The translations under genes and the position numbers were made by a program. The notes beneath the pieces were generated by a model. The model ran no database searches. It was not told the origin of the DNA and saw only the letters and a list, made by a program, of their open reading frames with translations. Of a stretch of DNA of 64,000 nt, positions 44,757-54,671 are shown piece after piece; within the stretch, counting starts at the first letter, position 1; each line of letters opens with the position of its first letter. This DNA is from Anaerolineae bacterium (GTDB taxonomy: Bacteria; Chloroflexota; Anaerolineae; UBA1429): NCBI GenBank assembly GCA_040768165.1, contig JAXGNH010000010.1, positions 120,590-184,589 of the forward strand, given 5' to 3'.

Positions 44757-47700
44757 GTGACGGAATCCCGCTCAAACCTGCGCGTGCTGGTGGCCGCCCC
44801 GCGTCCCGCGGGGCGCGAGCCGATGCCAACGCGCAGCCACGTGGAAGCAATGTATGATGCCCTGGAGGCCCAGGGGGACCGGGTGGAGGCTTACTGGCTC
44901 TACCCCGGGACGCCCGAGGCACTGGCCGCCCGACTCTCGGGGGACGACGGCCCTGCGCCCGACGTCGTCGTGCTCGATGTCGCCATGGAGATGGGCGCCG
45001 AGCCCCTGGCGTACCTGGAATCGGACGTGCCGGAGGGCGGGGCGCTGGCAGCTGGGGAGTTGGGCGCCATCCTGCGCCAGGGGAGCGCCGGCCTGGTGGT
45101 GCTGCGCCCGGCCATGTCGGCCGGCGCCGATCCGGCCAACGCTGACGCGGCAGCCGGCGGGCCGGCGCGCTATGCCGATGCCCTCGCCCGTCAGGCAGAA
45201 CTGGCCGTGCTGCGCGTCGACGAACGCCTGGACGAGGAGGCCCTGCGCGTCGCCATGACGGCGGCGCTGGCGGCGCTGCTGGCGGGGCATGCACCGGGCG
45301 AGGCCCTGGAGGAGGCGCGCCGTGCCCTCGCGGAGGGGGCGCCCCACGTGGACCCCGCCGAGGGACTGACCCTGCACGGCTCAGGGGGCGCGCCGGTGGT
45401 CGCGCCTCAGACGGGTGGGCGTGGCGTCGGCAAGGTAGTGCGCTTTCCGGGGGCAGAGCTGCAGCCCCCCTGGCGGCGCTTGGCCCAGGAGCCGGCCGAG
45501 GGGGGGCTGCCCCTCGAGCCGGAGCATGGCTGGGTGGGGCGCGCCGTCGAGCTGGCAGCGCTGGAGCGCGCCGCCCACGACGAGGCGGGCAACGGTATCA
45601 CGCTGATCCATGGCTACCATGGCGCCGGCAAGACCGCCCTCGCTGCCCACGCCGCGCGCTGGCTGGTGCGCACGGGGCGCTTTCGGCAGGTGGTGTACGT
45701 ACGATACGCCGAGGGGGGCTATGCCGAGCGCGCCCTGTACGCCGTGGGGGCGCGGCTGGTGGGCGACCGCTTTGACCTGCGCGCCCCCGACGCCGTCGGC
45801 GACGTGGAGCGGGCCCTAACCGAGACGCCGACCCTTGTCATCTGGGACGACGTCGATGCGCTCCTGCCCGAGGGTACCGCGCCCATCGCCGCCGGCGACC
45901 TCGAGGAGTTGCTCAAGCTGGGGGTTCGCCTGGCGGGGACCGGCACCTCGCGCTTGTGGGTGCTTTCAGAGACGGCGACGCTGCCGCATCCGGCGTACCG
46001 CGCCGGCGCCGTCACGCTGGCGCTGCCCGTCGCCGGGCTGGCCCCCGCCGACGCCGAGGATCTGGTGCGCAGGGTGTGGCCCGCCGGAGCGCTCGATGGC
46101 GTGGACGATGATGCCCTGCGGCGCATCATCTGGCGGCTGGGCGGCCAGCCACTGGCGCTGCGCGGCCTGGCGGCGCTCTTGGAGCATCGTGCGTTGGGGG
46201 AGGTCGCCGCCGAGCTGTCGGCGAGCCTGCCCGGGTTCGACCTCGGCGAGGCGCGGCTGCGCGACGAGGCGCTGCAGCTCGTCTTGCAGGCGCTGATGCG
46301 GTCGGTGGAGGAGGACCTCCGCCCCAAGCTGGAGGCGCTGGGGGTCTTTGCCGGGGGGCTGATGCGGCCATTGGGCGGCAACGTGGCAGAGTTGGAGGAC
46401 GCCGCGTGGGACCGGCTCGTGCGCCTGCTGAACGCCGCCGGACTCGTGCGCCAGCTCGAGGTGCCCGGCTTTAACGTGTCCTTTCTGCGCTTCCATCCCG
46501 CCCTGGCGCAGCACCTGGCGCGGCGTCTGCCGCCGCCCGTGCGCGTCGGGGCGCTGCATCGCCACGCCGGCGCCTACCTCGGCCTGCTCAAGTGGATGAT
46601 GCAGAACGCAGCGCAGCATGGCGCGGTGGTGCGCGCGCTGGCGCTCCGCGAGTTGGCCAACTTTCGTCGGGGCCTGGCCACGCTGTGTGACGCCCACGAA
46701 CTCAACGTAGCATCCGAGTACGCCAACCTGTGGCAGCGTTTCCTCGGGGACCTGGGTTTCCGCTCGGAGCATCAGGATTCCGCCCGGCGGCTGCGCGAGG
46801 CGGTGGCGCAGATGGTCCCGTCGGAGGGGCCGGTGCAGCGCGCGGGCGCGCGCTTTCTCATCGCCCAGGGGGAGCAACTCCTGGCCGCCGGGCGCGCCCC
46901 TGAGGCGGCCGTCATGCTGCAGCACCTGGTGGAGCGCATGGAGGCCGAGGGGGGCATGGCCTACAGCGGGCCGGAGGCGGTCCTCGACCTTGCCCAGGCC
47001 CGACGGCGTCTGGGGCGCGCCCTCGTCGTCGTGGGGCGGGGGGACGCCGCCGTGGCGGCCCTGACGGCGGCGCTGGGGTCGCTGAGCGAGGCGCGCGGCG
47101 ATGAGGCGCGCCAGGAGGCGATGCTGGCACGGCAAGACTTGGGCGACGCCTACCTGGCGGGGGGGCGCCCCACGGAGGCCGCCGAGGCGTATCGCCAGGG
47201 GCTGGAGATGGCGCGCGAACGCGATGATCGCCGCCTCATGGGCACGCTCAACGCGCAGCTCGGCACCATCGCGATGGCCCAGGACGACAAGGGCACCGCC
47301 CGGCAGCACCTGGAGGCGGCCCTCTTTGATCTCCAGACGACTAACGACGCCGCGGCGATGTCGGCCATCTGGAGTCAGCTCGGCACGCTGGCCTGGCGCG
47401 GCGCCGACCTCGAGGAGGCGGAGCGCTGCTACCAGCAGGCGCTGGAACTCGCCCGCCAGGCGGGGCAGCCGTTGGTGGAGGCCCAGGTGCACCTCCAACT
47501 GGCGCTCACGGCGCGCCAGGCCGACCGCCTGGCCGATGCCGAGGGGCACTATACCCAGGCGATCCGCATCTACCAGGAGAACAGCGTCCGCACGGGCCTC
47601 GTATCGGCCGAGGTGGCGCTCGCCGAACTGTTGTTGGGCGAGGGAGAGTTGGAAAAGGCGCGCGTCCACGCCGAAGCGGCCCGCGCCGTGGCCGAGGATC

Positions 47701-48389
47701 CGCGCGTGACGTTCGACGCCTGGGCGGTGTATGCGCTGTTGCAGCGCATCGCCGAGGCGCAGGGGGACGCCGAGCGCGGGGCGCATTGGCGCGCCAAGAC
47801 GCAAGAGGCTTTTGCGCATTCCCCCGAGGCGCAGCAGGTGCAGCAGCAGTGGCAGAGCGTCATCACCGGTGTAGCGAATGCCGCGCGCGGCGAGACCCTG
47901 GACGCGAATACGGTGGAGCTGCTGGAGCAGCTCGAGGGGCGCCAGGAGTGGCGCGACCTGGTGGGCGTCATCTGGCGCATCCTGGGCGGCGAGCGGGGGG
48001 CCGAGCTGTACGCCGAGCTGGACCACGTCGACGCCCTGGTGGTGCGGCGGACGCTGGAGGCGATCGAACGACCTCCGGAGGAGGCGGCGTCCGGAGATCA
48101 GGAGGAGGTGCCGGATATTGAGCGCTGGCCGGTGCCGCTCCCGCAACTCATGAGCGCCGTGGTGGCCGGCCTGCGGGGCGACCCCAACGCGCGGCGCCTG
48201 GTGGCGGGGGCGCTGGCGCGCATGGTGCAGGAGGATGCGCCCGAGTCGGCGCGGCGCTTTGCCGAGGCGCTGACGCGCATCCTGCGGGGCGAGCGCGACG
48301 AGTCGATGCTGGAGGGGCTGCCGAAGGAGGTGGCCGAGCCGCTGGCGGCGTTGCTGCGTGCGCTGGGCCAGACCAAGGCCGGCAACTGA
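44757..48389 (+). CDS. STAND NTPase: degenerate CHAT-like N-domain + NB-ARC ATPase + TPR array + duplicated C-terminal module
   Basis: GTG 44757 after GGAGG, with an alternative ATG at 44736 overlapping the upstream stop. Walker A GYHGAGKT, Walker B LVIWDDVD, RLWVLSET, and the GLPL-like LGGQPLAL. There are at least 8 TPR-like repeats (47000-47750). Confidence 0.8.
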   Translation: MTESRSNLRVLVAAPRPAGREPMPTRSHVEAMYDALEAQGDRVEAYWLYPGTPEALAARLSGDDGPAPDVVVLDVAMEMGAEPLAYLESDVPEGGALAAGELGAILRQGSAGLVVLRPAMSAGADPANADAAAGGPARYADALARQAELAVLRVDERLDEEALRVAMTAALAALLAGHAPGEALEEARRALAEGAPHVDPAEGLTLHGSGGAPVVAPQTGGRGVGKVVRFPGAELQPPWRRLAQEPAEGGLPLEPEHGWVGRAVELAALERAAHDEAGNGITLIHGYHGAGKTALAAHAARWLVRTGRFRQVVYVRYAEGGYAERALYAVGARLVGDRFDLRAPDAVGDVERALTETPTLVIWDDVDALLPEGTAPIAAGDLEELLKLGVRLAGTGTSRLWVLSETATLPHPAYRAGAVTLALPVAGLAPADAEDLVRRVWPAGALDGVDDDALRRIIWRLGGQPLALRGLAALLEHRALGEVAAELSASLPGFDLGEARLRDEALQLVLQALMRSVEEDLRPKLEALGVFAGGLMRPLGGNVAELEDAAWDRLVRLLNAAGLVRQLEVPGFNVSFLRFHPALAQHLARRLPPPVRVGALHRHAGAYLGLLKWMMQNAAQHGAVVRALALRELANFRRGLATLCDAHELNVASEYANLWQRFLGDLGFRSEHQDSARRLREAVAQMVPSEGPVQRAGARFLIAQGEQLLAAGRAPEAAVMLQHLVERMEAEGGMAYSGPEAVLDLAQARRRLGRALVVVGRGDAAVAALTAALGSLSEARGDEARQEAMLARQDLGDAYLAGGRPTEAAEAYRQGLEMARERDDRRLMGTLNAQLGTIAMAQDDKGTARQHLEAALFDLQTTNDAAAMSAIWSQLGTLAWRGADLEEAERCYQQALELARQAGQPLVEAQVHLQLALTARQADRLADAEGHYTQAIRIYQENSVRTGLVSAEVALAELLLGEGELEKARVHAEAARAVAEDPRVTFDAWAVYALLQRIAEAQGDAERGAHWRAKTQEAFAHSPEAQQVQQQWQSVITGVANAARGETLDANTVELLEQLEGRQEWRDLVGVIWRILGGERGAELYAELDHVDALVVRRTLEAIERPPEEAASGDQEEVPDIERWPVPLPQLMSAVVAGLRGDPNARRLVAGALARMVQEDAPESARRFAEALTRILRGERDESMLEGLPKEVAEPLAALLRALGQTKAGN

Positions 48390-48408
48390 GGAGTGACGGG
48401 CCCCGGCA

Positions 48409-48735
48409 TGTAGGGGCCGGACGCCGTCCGGCCCGCGCTGCGCGTATGGCCCACCCACGCTCGTCACGCGGCGCGCACCGGCGTGCGCGCCCTACACGGC
48501 GCTCGGTCGACATGCGTGCGGGGCATCGGCGTTTCCCGCTCCGCCGATGTAGGGGCCGGACGCTGTCCGGCCCGCGCTGCGCGCATGGCCCACCCACGCT
48601 CGTCACGCGGCGCGCACCGGCGTGCGCGCCCTACACGGTGCTCGGTCGACATGCGTGCGGGGCACCGGCGTTTCCCGCTCCGCCGATGGAGGGGCCGGAC
48701 GCCGTCCGGCCCGCGGCGCGGGGATCGGGGCGTTC
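48409..48735. repeat. Tandem array (about 2.3 x 139-140 bp), each unit carrying two GTAGGG-headed hairpins in opposite orientation
   Basis: Unit starts gtaggggccggacgc(c/t)gtccggcc at 48409 and 48549, and a ggagggg variant at 48688. Each unit has an internal ggcgcgcaccggcgtgcgcgccctac. Confidence 0.9.
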
Positions 48736-48991
48736 AGGAAGGGTTTGCGCGGACAGAGGGGCACTGTTCGTCCTGCGCCAGGCTGGTGGCCAGCAGGCGA
48801 CGAATCTCGGGGTAGCGGCGCACCACGAGGCGGATGAACCGCACGCCGGGGCGCCGCTTGCCGGCAAAGACCATGGAGAGCTGCCCGGTGGAGCAGCCCA
48901 CTTGGCGCGCCAAGCCGCGGTGGCTGAGGCAATCGCGCTCCGCGATGGCGTGCAGGGCGTCGATCATCGCCCGAATCTCAGTGTCTCGCAT
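48734..48991 (-). CDS. Small XRE/Cro-like HTH transcriptional regulator
   Basis: LSHRGLARQVGCSTGQLSMVFAGKR, with RBS GGGAGGAGG. Confidence 0.65.
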   Translation of the reverse strand: MRDTEIRAMIDALHAIAERDCLSHRGLARQVGCSTGQLSMVFAGKRRPGVRFIRLVVRRYPEIRRLLATSLAQDEQCPSVRANPS

Positions 48992-49046
48992 GCTGGCCTC
49001 CTCCCGCCGCTACCGCGCGGTATTGCGCGCTGCTGCGGCTGACCGC

Positions 49047-49075
49047 ATTATAGCACAAATGTTCTATTCCGGCAA
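49047..49075 (-). promoter_or_regulatory. Promoter TTGCCG-17-(TGc)TATAAT for the HTH gene
   Basis: Minus strand reads ttgccg gaatagaacatttgtgc tataat, including an extended -10. Confidence 0.55.
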
Positions 49076-49096
49076 CGCCCGCTCCTGGTAGGCGGT

Positions 49097-50191
49097 GTGA
49101 TGGGCAACGGCACGGAGCAACTGCATCCGCATAGGCCGCGTCGGCGCGTCGCCCACGTCCCGTGGGCGGCGATGGCCGTCATCGCCGGCCTGTTGCTGGC
49201 CGCCATGGCGGTGGCCAGCCTGGAGCTGCGCCCGGAGGGCGGTGCGCGCACCGCCCTGTGGGTCGTGGCGGCGCTGGGTGGAGGCCTGGCGCTGGGCGGC
49301 ACGGCGGCCCTGGCGTGGGGGCGGCTCCGCTCCCGCCGCGGCCTGCACCTCTCCGCTGGAGGGGGGCGTCGCTGGCTGTGGCCCGCCACGCTCGCCCTGT
49401 TGGCTCTCGCCATCCTATCCGCCGTGCTGCCCATCCCCTATCCCTCGCCGTGGTTGAGCCTCGTCCCACCGCTTCTCTTCCTGGCCGGTGCCGCGATCCT
49501 GATCGTGCGCATCCTGAGCGACGCCACCCCCTTGACGTACCATCGCGCCCTGCGCGCCTACCGTGAGGGGGACGCCCAGCGCGCGCTGGCGTTGGTGCGC
49601 CAGGCGGTCGTCGAGCGCCCCGACGGCGCCTCCCGCGGCGCGTACGGCGTGCACTATCTCGAGGCGATCCTCCTGCGCGAGAGCGGCGCACTCTCTGAGG
49701 CGCGCGAGGTCGCCGATCGCCTGGTGGCGTGGCGGCCGGACCTGTACTATGGCCATGCCGAGCAGGGGCTGACCCTGTTGGCCGCCGGCGATGCGGCCAC
49801 GGCGTGCGAGGCGCTGGAGCGGGCCGTGGAGCGCGCCCCGCGCCTGGCCGAGGCACACTACAACCTGGGCATGGCGCGGGCGGAGGCGGGTGACGCGGCC
49901 GGCGCCGTGGAGGCGCTGGAGTGTGCCCTGCGCCTGGGGCTGTCCGACGAGGTAACGCACCTCATCGCGCGGTATCAGCTCTATCGTGCCTATAGCGACG
50001 CCGGCCTGGCGCGGGAGGCGGCCGACATGGTGCGCTGGCTACGGCGACGCCGGGGCGCGGTGCGGCGCTGGCGCGAGGCGCTGGCCGCGGACCTCTCGGC
50101 GCCGCGTGCGCGCCGCCGGCGCGACGAGGCGATGATCGCCGAGATCGAGCGCGCTATCGCGGGAGAGAATCGTAACGCGGCGGCCAAGTAA
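49097..50191 (+). CDS. Membrane-anchored TPR-repeat protein
   Basis: About 4 N-terminal TM helices, then TPR-like repeats (AEAHYNLGMARAEAGDAAGAVEALECAL). The start is GTG 49097 or ATG 49100. Confidence 0.6.
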   Translation: MMGNGTEQLHPHRPRRRVAHVPWAAMAVIAGLLLAAMAVASLELRPEGGARTALWVVAALGGGLALGGTAALAWGRLRSRRGLHLSAGGGRRWLWPATLALLALAILSAVLPIPYPSPWLSLVPPLLFLAGAAILIVRILSDATPLTYHRALRAYREGDAQRALALVRQAVVERPDGASRGAYGVHYLEAILLRESGALSEAREVADRLVAWRPDLYYGHAEQGLTLLAAGDAATACEALERAVERAPRLAEAHYNLGMARAEAGDAAGAVEALECALRLGLSDEVTHLIARYQLYRAYSDAGLAREAADMVRWLRRRRGAVRRWREALAADLSAPRARRRRDEAMIAEIERAIAGENRNAAAK

Positions 50192-50426
50192 TCCACAGGT
50201 GTGTACACCCTGTGGATAACCCGGTGGGTAACCTCGAGAGGCATTTGCCCCTCCTCTCGCTTTGACGTATGCTCTGAGCGGTGCGCGCCTCACGGCATGA
50301 GGGCCCGCGCCGCCGGCCGCGATGTGACCGGCATTGTGTTGCGGTGAAACGCGAGCCCACCATTGCTCTCGGCCCGCGACCCGTCACGCACAACCCATCA
50401 CTACTACCCACGAAGGAGCCCCGATC

Positions 50427-51596
50427 ATGACCGATGCCTACAGCACGCTGAGCCCCTCGCCGCGCCTGCTGCTGGGCCCGGGTCCCAGCGAGATCGCGCC
50501 CCGGGTGCTGCGCGCCTGTGCCACACCCCTCCTGGGCTACCTCGACCCCGAGTACATCACGCTGATGGACGAGACCCAGACGCTGCTGCGCTACGTGTTC
50601 CACACGGACAATGCATGGACCATGTGCGTGCCCGGCACGGGGATGGCGGGCATGGAGGCGGCGCTCATCAACGCTTTCGAGCCGGGCGAGGACGTGGTCG
50701 TGTGCGTCAGCGGCGTCTTTGGCGAGCGCATGGTGGACGTGGCGCGACGCGCCGGCGCCCGGGTGACGCGCGTCGACGCCGAGTGGGGCACGGCGGTGCA
50801 GCCCGAGCAGGTGGCCGAGGCGTTACGCGGCGTCAAGGCCAAGGTGGTGGCCATCGTGCACGCCGAGACCTCCACCGGCGTGCTCCAGCCACTGGATGAT
50901 ATCGGCCGCGTCGTTCACGAGGCGGGCGCCCTCTCTTTGGTGGACTGCGTTACGTCGCTGGGCGGGATGCCCGTGGACGTCGACGAGCGCGGCATCGACA
51001 TCGCCTACAGCGGCACGCAAAAGTGCATCGGCGCCCCCCCTAGCCTGGCGCCCCTGACCATGAGCGCCGCCGCGGTGGAGGCGTTCAAGGCGCGCAAGAC
51101 GCCGGTGCAGAGCTTTTATCTCGACGCCGGCCAGATTTGGCGGTACTGGGGGCCCGAGCGTGCCTACCACCAGACGGGCATGATCAACATGCTCTACGCC
51201 CTGCGTGAGGCGCTGGTCATCATCAAGGAGGAGAGGCTGGAGGCGCGCTACGCCCGCCACCTCCGCAACCAGCGGGCGCTCATCGCCGGGCTGGAGGCCA
51301 TGGGCCTGCGGCCGGCGGTGGAGGACGCCGCTATTCGCCTCCCCTCGCTGACCACGGTGATGGTGCCAGAGGGGGCCAGCGACAAGGCGGTGCGCGACGG
51401 CCTCCTAACCAAGTACGGCATCGAGATCGGCGGCGGCCTCGGCAAGTACGCCGGCAAGGCGTGGCGCATCGGCCTGATGGGCTATGCCTCACAGCGCAGC
51501 AACGTGATGCTGCTGCTGTCGGCGTTGGGCGACCTCCTGACGAACGAGCGCGTCGACGAGGGGTTGGCGGCCGCTTCGGGGGTGTATGCCGCCTAG
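50427..51596 (+). CDS. Class-V aminotransferase (serine-pyruvate / alanine-glyoxylate aminotransferase-like)
   Basis: ATG 50427 after GAAGGAG. LLLGPGPSEI, and the PLP-lysine motif SGTQKCIG. Confidence 0.8.
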   Translation: MTDAYSTLSPSPRLLLGPGPSEIAPRVLRACATPLLGYLDPEYITLMDETQTLLRYVFHTDNAWTMCVPGTGMAGMEAALINAFEPGEDVVVCVSGVFGERMVDVARRAGARVTRVDAEWGTAVQPEQVAEALRGVKAKVVAIVHAETSTGVLQPLDDIGRVVHEAGALSLVDCVTSLGGMPVDVDERGIDIAYSGTQKCIGAPPSLAPLTMSAAAVEAFKARKTPVQSFYLDAGQIWRYWGPERAYHQTGMINMLYALREALVIIKEERLEARYARHLRNQRALIAGLEAMGLRPAVEDAAIRLPSLTTVMVPEGASDKAVRDGLLTKYGIEIGGGLGKYAGKAWRIGLMGYASQRSNVMLLLSALGDLLTNERVDEGLAAASGVYAA

Positions 51597-51620
51597 TACG
51601 ACCGCCCATGTGAGGCGGCT

Positions 51621-51691
51621 CTTTGTAGTGACGACTTCAGTCGTTTGCGTTGCTCTACAATGGCCTAGCGACTGAAGTCGCTACTACAAAG
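51621..51691. repeat. Inverted pair of GTAGTG-headed hairpin units (REP-like doublet)
   Basis: ctttgtagtgacgacttcagtcgt ... gcgactgaagtcgctactacaaag. Confidence 0.8.
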
Positions 51692-51759
51692 GCAGGCCGT
51701 CTCCACGATTGGACTGCCAGTTACCGTTGCAGTGCCAGTGTCCGGCGATAGAGGAGCGC

Positions 51760-52557
51760 ATGGCGAAGCGATATAGGGCGTTGAGTTGTGAGGTGTTGGC
51801 CCGTCATCTGTACCACGTGGCGGCGCGGGCGCCGGACGTGATCGATGTGGACCTGATCGACAAGGGGCTGCACAGCGAGCCCGACGTGCTGCGCGCCGAA
51901 CTGCAGCGACGCCTCGACGCCATCCCACGTGAAAAGTACGACGCCGTGCTGTTGGGCTACGGGCTGTGCAGCAACGCGGTGGCGGGGCTCGTCTGCCCCG
52001 TGGCGCCCATGGTCGTGCCCCGCGCTCACGACTGCATCACCCTCTACCTGGGCTCGGCCGACCGCTACGCGGCCGAGTTTCGCGCCAATCCGGGCACCTA
52101 CTGGTACACGGCGGACTATATCGAGCGGGGGGGTTCCAACGGCGATCGCATCGCGCTGGGCGCCTCCGTGGACGATAAAGAGATGGACGCCGTCTACCAC
52201 GAGTACGTCGCCAAGTACGGTCAGGACAACGCCGACTATCTCATGGAGGTGATGGGCGCCTGGCGGCAGCACTATAACCGGGCGGCGTACATCGACACCG
52301 AGGGGATCGTCCTGCCCGACTATACCGGGGAGGTGCAGGATCTGGCGGTGCGGCGCGGCTGGGCCTTCCAGCGCATGGCCGGCAGCCTGATCCTGGTGCG
52401 CGACCTCCTCGAGGGGCGCTGGGACGAGGAGCGCTATCTCATCGTGCCGCCGGGGCAGACCATCTCGCCCACCTACGATGCCTGTATCGCCAGGGCGGTG
52501 GACGCCAACGGAGCGTCCGATGACGCGGCCACCGGCCGCGCCGCCACGCGTGGATGA
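51760..52557 (+). CDS. DUF1638-domain protein
   Basis: ATG 51760 after [28 protein letters not shown] pattern, recalled from DUF1638. Confidence 0.55.
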   Translation: MAKRYRALSCEVLARHLYHVAARAPDVIDVDLIDKGLHSEPDVLRAELQRRLDAIPREKYDAVLLGYGLCSNAVAGLVCPVAPMVVPRAHDCITLYLGSADRYAAEFRANPGTYWYTADYIERGGSNGDRIALGASVDDKEMDAVYHEYVAKYGQDNADYLMEVMGAWRQHYNRAAYIDTEGIVLPDYTGEVQDLAVRRGWAFQRMAGSLILVRDLLEGRWDEERYLIVPPGQTISPTYDACIARAVDANGASDDAATGRAATRG

Positions 52558-52586
52558 TCGCAAGTCTAGTGTTGGGGAGCGATGGC

Positions 52587-54596
52587 ATGTCGAGCGTGAT
52601 CTCGCCGCAACTGACCGAACTGGCCGTCAACACCATCAAGATGTTGGCGGTGGATGCCGTGGAAAAGGCCAAGTCGGGCCACCCAGGGATGCCCATGGGC
52701 GCCGCCCACTATGCCTTTACCCTCTGGGCGCGCTACCTGCGCCATAACCCCAAGGACCCGACCTGGCCGAACCGCGACCGCTTTGTGCTCTCGGCGGGTC
52801 ACGGCTCGATGCTGTTGTACGCCCTGCTGCACCTGTCGGGGTACGACCTCCCCATGGAGGAGCTTCAGCGCTTCCGCCAGCTCGGCAGCAAGACGCCGGG
52901 CCACCCCGAATACGGGCTGACGCCGGGCGTCGAAACGACCACCGGCCCGCTGGGCCAGGGGCTCGCCAACGCCGTGGGGATGGCCATGGCCGCCCGCATG
53001 GCGGCCGCTCGCTACAACACCGCCGAACACGCCATCGTCGACCACTATGTCTATGGCATCGTGGGCGATGGCGACCTCATGGAGGGGGTAGCGTCCGAGG
53101 CGGCCTCGCTGGCGGGGCATCTGGGGCTGGGAAACCTCATCTTTTTCTACGACGACAACCGCATCAGCATCGAGGGATCCACCGACCTCGCCTTTACCGA
53201 GGATCGCGCCAAGCGCTTTGAGGCCTATGGCTGGCAGGTGCTGCATATCGACGGCCACGACCCCGAGGCGGCGGCGGCGGCCATCGAGGATGCCCAGCGC
53301 GAGACGGCGCGGCCGACGCTCATCGTGGCGCGCACGCACATCGCGCAGGGGAGCCCCAACAAGGTGGACACCGCCAGCGCCCATGGCGAGCCCCTGGGGC
53401 CGGACGAGGTGGCCGCCACGCGGCAGGCGCTGGGGTGGACGCTGGAGCCGTTTTCCGTGCCCGACGAGGTGCGTGCGCTCTTTGCGCGGCGCGCCGCCGA
53501 GTTGGAGAAGGAGTACGGCGCCTGGCAGAGGACGCTGCGCGCCTGGGCGACGGCGAACCCGGACCTCGCGGCAGAGCGCGAGCGTGCCCTGTGCAAGGCG
53601 CTGCCCGACGATCTCGAGGAGCAGCTCCAGGCGAGCCTGCCGGAGAAACCCAACGCCACCCGCCGCCTCAGCGGCGAGGTGCTGCAACGGATCGCCGAAA
53701 TCGCGCCCTACGTGGTAGGGGGTTCCGCCGACCTAGCGCCCTCCACGTCGACGCTCATCAAGGGGGCCGGCGATGTCGGTCCGGGGGCCTTTGAGGGGCG
53801 CAATTTTCACTTTGGCGTGCGCGAGCACGGCATGGGCGCCATCCTCAATGGGATGACGCTGTACGGAGGGTTCATCCCCTTTGGCGCCACGTTTCTGAGC
53901 TTTGCCGACTATATGCGGCCGCCGATCCGCCTGGCGTGCCTCATGGGGCTGCAGGTCATCTATGTCTTTACCCACGACAGCATCTTCCTGGGTGAGGACG
54001 GGCCGACGCATCAGCCCGTGGAGCAGATCGCCTCGCTGCGCCTCATCCCAGGGATGACCGTGATCCGCCCCGCCGACGGCCCGGAGGTGGCCGCCGCCTG
54101 GTCCCTAGCGCTCCGACACCAGACGGGCCCGACGGCCCTCGTCCTCACGCGCCAGGGCGTGCCGGCCATCGAGCGCGACCGACCCTTTGACATCGAGGCG
54201 TTCAACCGCGGCGGCTACATCGTCGCCGGACCGCAGCGGCGCTCGCCCGACGTGGTGCTGGTGGCCACCGGCTCCGAGCTGCACCTGGCGATGGCGGCGC
54301 GGGCGATCCTCGAGGAGGCGGGCTATGCGGTGCGCGTCGTCTCGATGGCGTGTCGCGTCCGCTTCCTGCGGCAGCCCCCGACCTACCGGGCCGAGATGAT
54401 CCCGCCCTCGGCGCGCAAGGTCGTCATCGAGGCGGGGGTGCGCTTTGGCTGGGACGAGGTGGTGGGGCGCAACGCCATGTTCATCACCCAGGACAGCTAT
54501 GGCGCCTCGGCGCCGTACCAGGTGCTGATGGAGCTAGTCGGCTTTACCCCAGAAGAGATCGCCCGCCGCGTGCTGGGCTGGCTCAAGGGGGAGTAG
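52587..54596 (+). CDS. tkt: Transketolase
   Basis: [44 protein letters not shown]. Confidence 0.95.
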   Translation: MSSVISPQLTELAVNTIKMLAVDAVEKAKSGHPGMPMGAAHYAFTLWARYLRHNPKDPTWPNRDRFVLSAGHGSMLLYALLHLSGYDLPMEELQRFRQLGSKTPGHPEYGLTPGVETTTGPLGQGLANAVGMAMAARMAAARYNTAEHAIVDHYVYGIVGDGDLMEGVASEAASLAGHLGLGNLIFFYDDNRISIEGSTDLAFTEDRAKRFEAYGWQVLHIDGHDPEAAAAAIEDAQRETARPTLIVARTHIAQGSPNKVDTASAHGEPLGPDEVAATRQALGWTLEPFSVPDEVRALFARRAAELEKEYGAWQRTLRAWATANPDLAAERERALCKALPDDLEEQLQASLPEKPNATRRLSGEVLQRIAEIAPYVVGGSADLAPSTSTLIKGAGDVGPGAFEGRNFHFGVREHGMGAILNGMTLYGGFIPFGATFLSFADYMRPPIRLACLMGLQVIYVFTHDSIFLGEDGPTHQPVEQIASLRLIPGMTVIRPADGPEVAAAWSLALRHQTGPTALVLTRQGVPAIERDRPFDIEAFNRGGYIVAGPQRRSPDVVLVATGSELHLAMAARAILEEAGYAVRVVSMACRVRFLRQPPTYRAEMIPPSARKVVIEAGVRFGWDEVVGRNAMFITQDSYGASAPYQVLMELVGFTPEEIARRVLGWLKGE

Positions 54597-54630
54597 CGCC
54601 AACCGGCGCATTGCGACCCGCAGGATGCAC

Positions 54631-54659
54631 GGGGCCGCCCCCTCGGGCGGCCCCTTTTT
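54631..54659 (+). terminator. Intrinsic terminator after tkt
   Basis: ggggccgcc ccctcg ggcggcccc followed by ttttt. Confidence 0.75.
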
Positions 54660-54671
54660 CGTGCCCCGGCC

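Noticed and set aside
43261-48467. Two very long minus-strand ORFs (43261..45294, 677 aa, and 45966..48467, 833 aa).
   Set aside because: Both are antisense to the NIF3-GNAT and STAND genes, have Arg/Pro/Gly-rich composition and carry no motifs. They are high-GC mirror ORFs.
50189-50219. Perfect DnaA box TGTGGATAA and a near-perfect inverted copy TAATCCACA forming a 27-nt hairpin right after the TPR gene stop.
   Set aside because: One perfect 9-mer in 128 kb of two-strand sequence is close to chance expectation. There is no box cluster, AT-rich unwinding element or dnaA/dnaN nearby. It is more simply a stop-proximal hairpin.
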